Assembly: GCA_001793095.1 (NCBI GenBank)
Contig: MGHG01000012.1
Span: forward strand, 72,647-136,646
DNA: 64,000 nt
Origin: Candidatus Woesebacteria bacterium RIFCSPLOWO2_01_FULL_39_23
GTDB lineage: Bacteria > Patescibacteriota > Microgenomatia > UBA8517
Reading direction: 5' to 3'
The position numbers and the translations under genes were made by a program. The notes below the pieces were generated by a model. The model made no database searches, was not told where the DNA came from, and saw only the letters and a list, made by a program, of their open reading frames with translations. Shown piece by piece: positions 56,398 through 64,000 of this stretch (the first letter of the stretch is position 1; every line of letters begins with the position of its first letter).

Positions 56398-57678
56398 ATG
56401 CCTAGTAAAGATGAAATTATCCTTCCTAAGGGAACTATACTTCCAAATCATATTGCAATAATTCTAGACGGTAATCGAAGATGGGCGAGAGCAAGAGGCC
56501 TTCATACTCTGGAGGGTCACAGGGCTGGTTTTGAAGCTGCACGAAAAACCGCCAAGGCCGCAAGAAAAATGGGAGTTCATACTTTGACGGTTTGGGGTTT
56601 TTCAACCGAAAATTGGGACAGATCTAAGAAAGAAATTGATTATTTAATGACACTTTATTGGAAATTTGTAAAAGAAGTCAGGTCTGACGCAAAAAAAGAG
56701 GGCGTAAGATTTATTCATTTAGGTAGAAAAGATCGCTTTCCTGGAGATTTGGTTAATTTTATGAGTCAGGTTGAAGAAGAAACAAAAAATAATACAAGAC
56801 ACGTATTTAATGCGGCACTCGATTATGGAGGACACGATGAGATCCTCAGAGCAGTAAAGAAAATCGTTGATGGAAAAATTCCTTCAGGAAGAATCAATGA
56901 AGAGTTATTTGCCTCTTATTTAGACACACATGATCAACCGTATCCCTACGTTGATTTACTTATTCGTACATCTGGTGAACAAAGAACGAGCGGTCTTCTG
57001 CCTTGGCAGATGGCTTATTCAGAATATTATTGGGAACTGGATCATTTACCGGATTTTACTCAGGAAAAGCTAAGAAAGATATTAATTGATTATAGTAGGA
57101 GAAGAAGAAGATTTGGTGGGAATGATGTTGTTGAGCATTTAAAATTTACACCTGAGCTCACAGCTAAACTTGAACTTAATTGGTGGAGACTGCGAAAAAT
57201 TCCAGAAGGGGTGAAGTTTAGGGACTATGCGATTATGCACCTTAAGGAACAGTTTGGACTTTCTAAGGAATTGGCCAAAGAAGCTGCAAAATATATGATT
57301 GAAGCTGTTGTTGACGGTGAAAATAAAAAATGGGATAAATCGGTGGTTTCGATGAAGAAGTTCTACCGCTTAATAAAAAGTGAAATTAAACTTGCATTTG
57401 AACCGTCCTTAGCGGCCTCGCTGGAAGTAAAACTAATGAAAGATGTTGATGATAAGGATTCCATTGGAGAAGCTACTGAAGTTGAAGACACAGCTCGAGA
57501 ACTATATGCCGAGGTTTACAGAATTTCACTATTTCAAGCTGCTAAAGCAGCACACTTAAGGGTTTTAGCAGCTGTCGAGCGGAATTTAGCCGAGAGAGGC
57601 TACGGGGATGAACATTGGGACAAAGCCGAAGATTATCTCCAAAAATTCTACAGTGCTTTGAAAGAACGCGTAGCGTAA
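56398..57678 (+). CDS. uppS: Polyprenyl (undecaprenyl) diphosphate synthase fused to an approximately 180-aa helical C-terminal domain
   Basis: PNHIAIILDGNRRWAR, FSTENW, LLIRTSGEQRTSGLLPWQ, RRRRFGG, then the extension. Confidence 0.95.
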   Translation: MPSKDEIILPKGTILPNHIAIILDGNRRWARARGLHTLEGHRAGFEAARKTAKAARKMGVHTLTVWGFSTENWDRSKKEIDYLMTLYWKFVKEVRSDAKKEGVRFIHLGRKDRFPGDLVNFMSQVEEETKNNTRHVFNAALDYGGHDEILRAVKKIVDGKIPSGRINEELFASYLDTHDQPYPYVDLLIRTSGEQRTSGLLPWQMAYSEYYWELDHLPDFTQEKLRKILIDYSRRRRRFGGNDVVEHLKFTPELTAKLELNWWRLRKIPEGVKFRDYAIMHLKEQFGLSKELAKEAAKYMIEAVVDGENKKWDKSVVSMKKFYRLIKSEIKLAFEPSLAASLEVKLMKDVDDKDSIGEATEVEDTARELYAEVYRISLFQAAKAAHLRVLAAVERNLAERGYGDEHWDKAEDYLQKFYSALKERVA

Positions 57679-57852
57679 TTGAAAAGCAATGCTAAGGTTT
57701 CCTTATTCGGCTCTGAAGGAAAGAGTTGCCTAAGGAGACGAAGCTTCGCTTACCGAGTCAAACTCGGCCAAGCTAATGCTTACAGTGCTCTCAAAGAAAG
57801 AGTTGCTTGAGAGCAATGCCAAGCTATGCTTATACAGCGACTTAAGGAAAGA
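57649..57852 (+). repeat. Tandem synonymous copies of the uppS 3' end (YSALKERVA*)
   Basis: Copies at 57649-57678 (in gene), 57704-57733, 57781-57810, and a degenerate one at 57831-57852. Confidence 0.9.
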
Positions 57853-58564
57853 AAAGAAGTTTTACTCCAAGTAAAAAGAGGAATAGTGCGATTAGATTTC
57901 TGAATGTCTTTTGGGGAATTTTTCCAACCAACTTTTTAGCGATTTCAGCTCCCAGAAATGATGCTGGAATAAAAAGAAACAGCCCGAAGAAAAGAAGTTG
58001 TGGTATTTTTGTCCCTGAAATAAGATAGATAGATATTCTGGATGCGTCAATTAAAGCTCCTAGTACACCTGATGTAAAAATATAAGTTGATTTTGGTATA
58101 TTAAATGCGGTTAAAACAACAGCTCTTAGCGCTCCGCCCCCGACGCCGGTTAATCCTCCAAGCAGTCCTGATAAACCTCCTCCGACTCCGGCAACTTTTG
58201 GATTAGGTTCAATTCTGAAGTTAGGTTTTATTAATAGATACAATACGTAAGTTATTAATATTACCCCGACGATTTGTGAAGCAATAATTTCGGGAATGTT
58301 AACTACCAACGCCGCTCCGACTCCCGCTCCTATCATACCGGGAATGCCAAAATAAATGAGAATCTTTTTATCAATACCGTGTTTGAATAGAAGTATTTTC
58401 CAAAGATCACCAAACCAGTGAATTACACCGACCAAAAGAAGAGTCTCGGGAAGTGGTAGGAAAAGAAGAACTATCGGAACCATAATTGTTGATATTCCGA
58501 ATCCGCTTACCGTCCCGATAATTGAAGCAACAAGTGTTAAAAGTGAAATTGCTAAAATAGTCAT
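57842..58564 (-). CDS. Sulfite exporter TauE/SafE (TSUP) family membrane protein
   Basis: GTVSGFGISTIMVP and GGLTGVGGG repeats; multiple TM helices. Confidence 0.88.
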   Translation of the reverse strand: MTILAISLLTLVASIIGTVSGFGISTIMVPIVLLFLPLPETLLLVGVIHWFGDLWKILLFKHGIDKKILIYFGIPGMIGAGVGAALVVNIPEIIASQIVGVILITYVLYLLIKPNFRIEPNPKVAGVGGGLSGLLGGLTGVGGGALRAVVLTAFNIPKSTYIFTSGVLGALIDASRISIYLISGTKIPQLLFFGLFLFIPASFLGAEIAKKLVGKIPQKTFRNLIALFLFLLGVKLLFFP

Positions 58565-58565
58565 G

Positions 58566-58895
58566 TTAACCCGTTAGTCTGAATGAGGCAAAGATTATAA
58601 GTATAAGAAAGACAAAATTGACTATTATCAGATATCTGGCCGGTTTTAAAGCACTCTTAAAATAAGATATTAGACTTGTGATAAGCCCAAGTAGTGGAAG
58701 TCCCAGAAAAGTTAAAAATTGGTATTTAGGCGGAAGACTTAAAATATATTTTCCTATGATGTTCACCCAGGTGTAAGAAAGAACCGCCGATATCCAGAAG
58801 TAAATAGAAGGAAGTGTAAAGATAATTCCCAATAATAGTAATTTGTTGTTCTTGTATTTTTTCACCCAATTTTTGACAAGTGTTTTGCCGGACAT
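58566..58895 (-). CDS. hypothetical membrane protein
   Basis: Three hydrophobic segments; abuts the TSUP gene. Confidence 0.65.
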   Translation of the reverse strand: MSGKTLVKNWVKKYKNNKLLLLGIIFTLPSIYFWISAVLSYTWVNIIGKYILSLPPKYQFLTFLGLPLLGLITSLISYFKSALKPARYLIIVNFVFLILIIFASFRLTG

Positions 58896-59000
58896 ACAAC
58901 TTAAGTTTACTACGATTTCAAGAATACAGTCGAGTCGAACTCGACGGTTTCTTGAAACGCTGCTATGATACTATTTAGGTATAATTGATAACAAGTACGT

Positions 59001-59729
59001 ATGGAAGAAAATATTCTCAAAGTAACAAATCTAAACGTTACATTAAATACTCATAAAATTCTCGAAAATATCTCTTTTGAGGTTAAAAGAGATGATACTC
59101 TGGCAATTATCGGTCCGAACGGTGCAGGAAAAACAGTGCTTTTTAAAGCGCTTTTGGGTTTATTGCCCTATGATGGTCAAGTTGAGTGGGCAAAAGATGT
59201 AAAGATAGGTTACGTTCCTCAAAGGTTGAATATTGAAAAAGACGTTCCCCTGACTGTCGAAGAATTTTTAAAATTCAAAGAAAAAGATTTGGAAATTATA
59301 GAGAGAGTTTTATTGCAGGTAGGTTTTAAAACTGAAGGCGACCACCTTATACATAGAGGTAAGCGGTTACTAAAGACAAGATTAGGAGTCCTTTCGGGAG
59401 GGGAATTTCAAAGGGTGTTAATCGCTTTTGCGCTTCTGGGTGCTCCAAATGTCTTACTTTTTGATGAACCGACGAGTGGGGTCGACGTTTCAGCTGAGGA
59501 AACTGTATATATGTTGATAGACAGGTTAAAAAAGGAAGTAGATTTGACTATTATATTTATTTCGCACGAACTCGAAGTAGTTTATAGATATGCTGAACAT
59601 GTCCTCTGTTTAAATAAAGAAAAAGTTTGCTATGGTCCGCCGCGAGAAGCCATTGATAAGGCATCTCTTGCGAAATTATACGGAGAAGATGTTCACTTTT
59701 ATAAACATGAACATCATCATGTGCATTAA
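59001..59729 (+). CDS. Metal (Zn/Mn) ABC transporter ATP-binding protein, ZnuC-like
   Basis: GPNGAGKT, GYVPQ, LSGGEFQR, DEPT, His-rich tail. Confidence 0.92.
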   Translation: MEENILKVTNLNVTLNTHKILENISFEVKRDDTLAIIGPNGAGKTVLFKALLGLLPYDGQVEWAKDVKIGYVPQRLNIEKDVPLTVEEFLKFKEKDLEIIERVLLQVGFKTEGDHLIHRGKRLLKTRLGVLSGGEFQRVLIAFALLGAPNVLLFDEPTSGVDVSAEETVYMLIDRLKKEVDLTIIFISHELEVVYRYAEHVLCLNKEKVCYGPPREAIDKASLAKLYGEDVHFYKHEHHHVH

Positions 59730-59731
59730 TC

Positions 59732-60505
59732 ATGGGAATTAATCTTTTTTTTATATTATTTGTTGGAGTTCTTGTCGGTGCTTCTTCTGGATATCTGGGG
59801 TCGTTTATGGTTTTAAAAAGGATGTCGCTAGTCGGCGATGCTCTTAGTCATGTCGCATTGCCGGGTTTGGCAGTCGCGCTGACATTCGGTTTTAATCCTA
59901 TGTTGGGAGCTCTACTGGCTCTCATGATAGCTATTCTGGGAATTTGGTATTTGAGTGAAAAAACTGAAATTTATTCAGAAGCTCTTGTGGGAGTGTTTTT
60001 TACGGCAAGTTTGGCTTTAGGAATTTTAATAACACCTGAGCCGGAGCTTTTAGAAGCACTCTTCGGAAATTTTGAAAAAATAGGTTTCCTTGATGGTGTT
60101 GTGACAGTAATTGCTTCCGGAGTAATTTTTCTTGTGATAAAAAAGATTTCAGACAGACTCATGCTCGGAGTGGTGTCTGAGGACTTAGCCAAATCCGCCG
60201 ATATTGATATTCCTAAAATAAACCTGTTATACCTCCTGATGGTTGGTTTAGCCGTAGCAATAGGAGTTAAATTTGTCGGCACGCTATTAACCGGTGCTTT
60301 AGTTATTGTTCCGGCTGCAGCAGCAAAAAATTTGGCCAGAAGTATTAAAAGTTTTCAGACAATAGCAGTGGTTAACGGGGTAATATCGACTATAGTTGGT
60401 ATTTTGCTAGCTAAGACATTGACAATTGAATCCGGCCCGTCGGTGGTATTAGTTTCGATAATCATTTTTATAATGAGTTTGCTCTTCAAAGGAAAAAGAG
60501 TTTAG
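59732..60505 (+). CDS. Metal ABC transporter permease, ZnuB-like
   Basis: MSLVGDALSHVALPG, LFGN, VGTLL...VPAAAA. Confidence 0.92.
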   Translation: MGINLFFILFVGVLVGASSGYLGSFMVLKRMSLVGDALSHVALPGLAVALTFGFNPMLGALLALMIAILGIWYLSEKTEIYSEALVGVFFTASLALGILITPEPELLEALFGNFEKIGFLDGVVTVIASGVIFLVIKKISDRLMLGVVSEDLAKSADIDIPKINLLYLLMVGLAVAIGVKFVGTLLTGALVIVPAAAAKNLARSIKSFQTIAVVNGVISTIVGILLAKTLTIESGPSVVLVSIIIFIMSLLFKGKRV

Positions 60506-60612
60506 TGCACCTCGGGTTTATGTATGATATATCATTACCCACCAGCCAAGCTTAGCCGCCTTGCTTTGCGGGCAGGCATGTAACATGAATAAGAATAAAT
60601 TAGAGAGATCGT

Positions 60613-61272
60613 TCAGCAGGTATGAATGTCGAAGTTTCTCAGAACTTCCGTTAGAGGTTTAACTTGTTCTTCAGTAATATCCTCCGACCTTATTTTGCAA
60701 TGATCAAAAATTTGTTTTTCGATGGCTCGTGCGCCATTGGAAAGATTTTCAAAAAAATCTTCTGTTACGCCTTTGTTTTTAATATATCTATCCTTAACTT
60801 CTGACAACCTATTTTCAAGCGTTGTTGCCTGTTCCGGTGCAATTCTTGCGTCGGAATAGAGGCAAATTTTTTGTTCATAATTATTACCTGATGCTACGAG
60901 AGACATTTTGGCAAACTCGATTGATTTAATTAGATTGAATATATTTTCCTCAACCCCGATTTCGTTCAAGATTTTATAAGTTGCAATGTAATCGTCCTTT
61001 CCGTAATTCCTTATGAATTCTTCTCTAATTTTTCTCCATTCCTTCTCGACTTCTTTATTAAAATAATTAGGATGTAATTTATAGTTCAGTTCAGCACGTT
61101 CTTTGACAATATTTCCAATATCGTGTAGTAAACATGCAGAAAATATTAACTCCTCATTTACCGATTTATTTAAATTGTTACATATCATAGATGCAACACC
61201 TGCAACCCGCAGCATGTGTTCTTGTAAATAGGGCATGATATTGTATTTTTCGTAAATTTCGGAAATTTTCAT
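60613..61272 (-). CDS. HD-domain protein
   Basis: EHMLRVA, LLHDIGN, YSDAR. Confidence 0.85.
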   Translation of the reverse strand: MKISEIYEKYNIMPYLQEHMLRVAGVASMICNNLNKSVNEELIFSACLLHDIGNIVKERAELNYKLHPNYFNKEVEKEWRKIREEFIRNYGKDDYIATYKILNEIGVEENIFNLIKSIEFAKMSLVASGNNYEQKICLYSDARIAPEQATTLENRLSEVKDRYIKNKGVTEDFFENLSNGARAIEKQIFDHCKIRSEDITEEQVKPLTEVLRNFDIHTC

Positions 61273-61402
61273 AAACTTAGCTTCAATTTAACCACGACGG
61301 ATGATAAGCTCCACTGACTCACGGTGTACGTTCGTCAGTATTCTTGGCGCCCAAATGTTATCTATTATGCAGAATAAGGTATTTGGTTGTAAAATACAAT
61401 GA

Positions 61403-61475
61403 CGGAGCGTGGCGTAGTTGGTAGCGCACTCGGATGGGGTCCGAGAGGTCGCCGGTTCGAGCCCGGCCGCTCCGA
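61403..61475 (+). tRNA. tRNA-Pro(GGG), CCA not encoded
   Basis: Cloverleaf: acceptor CGGAGCG/CGCTCCG, anticodon stem CTCGG/CCGAG with GGG, T-loop GGTTCGAG. Confidence 0.95.
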
Positions 61476-61544
61476 CTATAGGATTATTTAGATTAATTCA
61501 ATTTACCAATTGACTTCGTATATTCTTCGGTATTTAATGAATGT

Positions 61545-62399
61545 ATGAGTGACTTATTGGTTCATTGCTCGCATTGTGGGAAGAAGATTCTTCGAAGAAA
61601 AGGGTGGGTAAAAGAAAACATAAAGCTGAAACAAAGGAACTATTGTTCACTTAAATGTCTTGCAGAAGGTAGAAGATTGAGAGTAACTATAAGGTGTGAG
61701 AACCCTTTATGCGGGAAAAATATTGAAAGGGTGTTAACTCAATTATCCCCGCATAATTATTGTTCACATTCTTGTGCAATGATTGTAAACAATAAAAAAT
61801 TTCCAAAACGCATAGCGCTTGTAAAACAATGTAAATATTGTAGAAAAAATTTTAAAGGTGGTGCAATTAAATATTGCTCGACAAAATGCCAGTATTTAGC
61901 AGCGAAAATAAGTAAAGACAAGTTATTAAAACTTATTAGAACATTTTATAAAAAGAACGGCAGGATTCCATTTAAGAGTGAATTTTCTCATTATCATGCG
62001 ATAAGAGGAAGATTCGGAACGTGGAATCATGCGATAAAATCTGCAGGATTTGAACCCAATCCAGTTATGTTTGCCAAAAAGTTTATAGCTAACGATGGTC
62101 ATAAATGCGATTCCTTGTCTGAGAAGATAATTGATGATTGGCTTTATGCAAGGGGTGTAAAGCACGAAATTAATTTTCCTTATCCGGGGAATGGTGGATT
62201 TTCAACAGACTTCAAGGTGGGAAACTTTTGGATAGAATTTTTTGGACTTTCAGGGCAACATAAAAAATACGACGAATTGAAGTTTAAGAAAATGAACTTA
62301 GCGAAAATAAATAAACTTAAAATTGTAGAAATATATCCTAAAGACCTGTATCCAAAAAGTAAACTTAGAAATATACTCGGAATGTTGACCGGCAGATGA
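61545..62399 (+). CDS. Multi-zinc-finger protein with C-terminal PD-(D/E)xK-like nuclease domain (homing-endonuclease-like)
   Basis: Three CxxC...YCSxxC repeats, helical repeat RFGTWNHAIKSAG, then DSLSEKIIDDWL...TDFKVGNFWIEFFG. Confidence 0.7.
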   Translation: MSDLLVHCSHCGKKILRRKGWVKENIKLKQRNYCSLKCLAEGRRLRVTIRCENPLCGKNIERVLTQLSPHNYCSHSCAMIVNNKKFPKRIALVKQCKYCRKNFKGGAIKYCSTKCQYLAAKISKDKLLKLIRTFYKKNGRIPFKSEFSHYHAIRGRFGTWNHAIKSAGFEPNPVMFAKKFIANDGHKCDSLSEKIIDDWLYARGVKHEINFPYPGNGGFSTDFKVGNFWIEFFGLSGQHKKYDELKFKKMNLAKINKLKIVEIYPKDLYPKSKLRNILGMLTGR

Positions 62400-62498
62400 T
62401 TTAATCACTGTGGTAATATGACTCCGTCTACTGACTTAGTTCTTACTAAAGACTTCTTCAGTTGACTGTAGCTTTCAACGCATTAGAATCAGACTTAT

Positions 62499-63218
62499 AT
62501 GAACACGTTCGATGTCAAAGTCCATTATTACCAGTTGGAACTCGTAAAGCGTTTATCTTTAAATCATGCCATGCGGTTTAATGATCTGTTAATTGAAGGC
62601 TTGGAAAGTGAGCATATGAATTACCACTTAAAGAGGTTAATTGATGTTAACTATGTAGTTAAAGAGGGAAGTTTGTATAAATTAACTGATATTGGGAAAG
62701 ATTACAGTAATTTGCTGGATGAAAAAACCGATCTTGTAGAGCGGCAACCGAAGACTTCTGTTGTTTTGCATATCAAAAGAAAAAATAAAAACGGAGAAAT
62801 TGAGCATTTACTTTTGAAAAGGCTTCGGCATCCATATTTCGGAAAAGTGGGGCATTTAACGGGAAAAGTTAAATTTGGTGAAACATTTCTCGATGCTGCT
62901 AAAAGAGAGCTTTATGAGGAAACGGGACTAAGTGCTAAAACTTTTATCCTAGAAAAGATATATCGGAAGATGAGAAAAAGATCAAAAGAATTTATACAGG
63001 ATGTCGTATTCTATCAATTTCTGATAACTGGTATCAACGGTACATTGATTGGAAAAACTGAATTTCAAGAGAATTTCTGGGTGACTAAAAAAGAAGCCAA
63101 AACAAGACCCGATCTTGACTTTTTTGATGATTTTTTGATTGAAACAAGTTTAAGCGATAGTTTGAAACCGAAAAAACTGGTATTTGTTGAAAGTTTAGGA
63201 GAAGCAGAAGGTTATTAG
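62499..63218 (+). CDS. Winged-HTH plus NUDIX hydrolase
   Basis: N-terminal MNYHLKRL...YKLT..G; Nudix box GKVKFGETFLDAAKRELYEETGL. Confidence 0.85.
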   Translation: MNTFDVKVHYYQLELVKRLSLNHAMRFNDLLIEGLESEHMNYHLKRLIDVNYVVKEGSLYKLTDIGKDYSNLLDEKTDLVERQPKTSVVLHIKRKNKNGEIEHLLLKRLRHPYFGKVGHLTGKVKFGETFLDAAKRELYEETGLSAKTFILEKIYRKMRKRSKEFIQDVVFYQFLITGINGTLIGKTEFQENFWVTKKEAKTRPDLDFFDDFLIETSLSDSLKPKKLVFVESLGEAEGY

Positions 63219-63223
63219 GTTTG

Positions 63224-63257
63224 TTTTGTATTACTGTACTAGTACAGTAATACAAAA
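63224..63257. repeat. Perfect 34-bp palindrome between convergent genes
   Basis: TTTTGTATTACTGTACT|AGTACAGTAATACAAAA. Confidence 0.85.
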
Positions 63258-63315
63258 GATATTGCCGCTACCGTGTAACAGTACACTGTAACAATTTAAT
63301 TATTTATAATTAAAT

Positions 63316-63732
63316 TTAGTGAGTGTTATAAGTTGTAAAAGCTGGAATCAAGTTTTCGATAAGATTGTATTTCTTAAAATCTTTCGGATCGATCCAAACA
63401 AATTTATTATGATCTTTGCTTAAAATAACTTTGTCCGAATCGGAAAAACATTCAAAAAAAGTTCCGACAATCTGCCATTGCTCTCCTCGAACTATTGGTC
63501 TCCACTCCCCAACATAAAAAGGTTTTCCTAGCTTTACAGAAAGACCAGTCTCTTCTTTAACTTCTCTTACTAGACTCTCATCAAATCTCTGTCCGGGTTC
63601 AACTCTGCCACCTACAACATCATATTTACCTCTATTTGCACCTTCCAAATATTCAGAAGACTCTCGAATTATAAGTATCTTCCCTTTATAGTTGATAAAC
63701 GCTTTAGTGGCTACAAATATTTTTATTGACAT
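63316..63732 (-). CDS. NUDIX hydrolase
   Basis: GGRVEPGQRFDESLVREVKEETGL. Confidence 0.9.
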   Translation of the reverse strand: MSIKIFVATKAFINYKGKILIIRESSEYLEGANRGKYDVVGGRVEPGQRFDESLVREVKEETGLSVKLGKPFYVGEWRPIVRGEQWQIVGTFFECFSDSDKVILSKDHNKFVWIDPKDFKKYNLIENLIPAFTTYNTH

Positions 63733-63755
63733 CTAGCCTGTATAATAGCATTTAT

Positions 63756-64000
63756 ATGGATTCGAAAAAATATTGGGAAGGTAAACACCTGGAATGGATA
63801 ACTAAAGATTGGATTGATAAGCCAACCATATTTGCGCAATTCGCTTTAAAATATTTTCCTAAAAAAGGGAAACTTCTTGAATTGGGTGCCGGGCAAGGAC
63901 AAGATTCGAGATTTTTTGCTAGGAAGGGATACGGTGTTACTGCAACGGATTTTTCTGATAATGCGTTACGATTGTTAGAAGAAAAAATTATTAAAGAAAA
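63756..64000 (+). CDS. Class I SAM-dependent methyltransferase; 3' end outside the window
   Basis: MDSKKYWEG...KLLELGAGQGQDSRFFARKGYGVTATDFS. Confidence 0.85.
   Translation, partial: MDSKKYWEGKHLEWITKDWIDKPTIFAQFALKYFPKKGKLLELGAGQGQDSRFFARKGYGVTATDFSDNALRLLEEKIIKE

Noticed and set aside
57649-57852. CRISPR array
   Set aside because: The repeats are conserved only at protein level, the spacing is irregular, and there are no cas genes
61403-62460. Group I intron in the tRNA carrying the nuclease, or a prophage att site
   Set aside because: The tRNA is intact and contiguous; I found no duplicated tRNA 3' end, intron core or integrase

Overview
Core-genome segment of a bacterium using genetic code 11 (TGA acts as a stop). 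It is most likely a Patescibacteria/CPR member, Microgenomates-like; this is inferred from the absence of rpmD/L30, the N-terminally reduced IF-2 and the gene order. Contents in order: the 3' end of an RHS toxin gene and a DUF6922-like/AbiEii pair; nusA-infB-DHH-like-rpsO-pnp-Lon(AAA only)-UDG-rnj-ftsK; alaS-sortase-ruvX-mltG; rpoBC; the str, S10, spc and alpha ribosomal clusters through rplM-rpsI; uppS; a metal ABC ATPase/permease pair; tRNA-Pro; and accessory genes. The most unusual signals are non-coding. (1) A covarying 57-65 nt hairpin sits between the Shine-Dalgarno-like sequence and a fixed 6-nt spacer before the AUG of rpsN, rpmJ, rpsM and rpsD. (2) Three fully synonymous copies of the last nine codons of uppS (YSALKERVA*) lie in tandem, the downstream ones each preceded by a small covarying hairpin, with a possible second site at the rpsD 3' end. 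(3) A four-helix-bundle gene is enclosed in inverted arrays of short repeats, and many gene-less heptamer/octamer inverted arrays abut start codons. (4) Palindromic or tandem-repeat insertions are read in frame inside core genes (infB, pnp, ruvX, mltG, rplC, rplV). All calls were made by eye from the sequence; no database searches were run.
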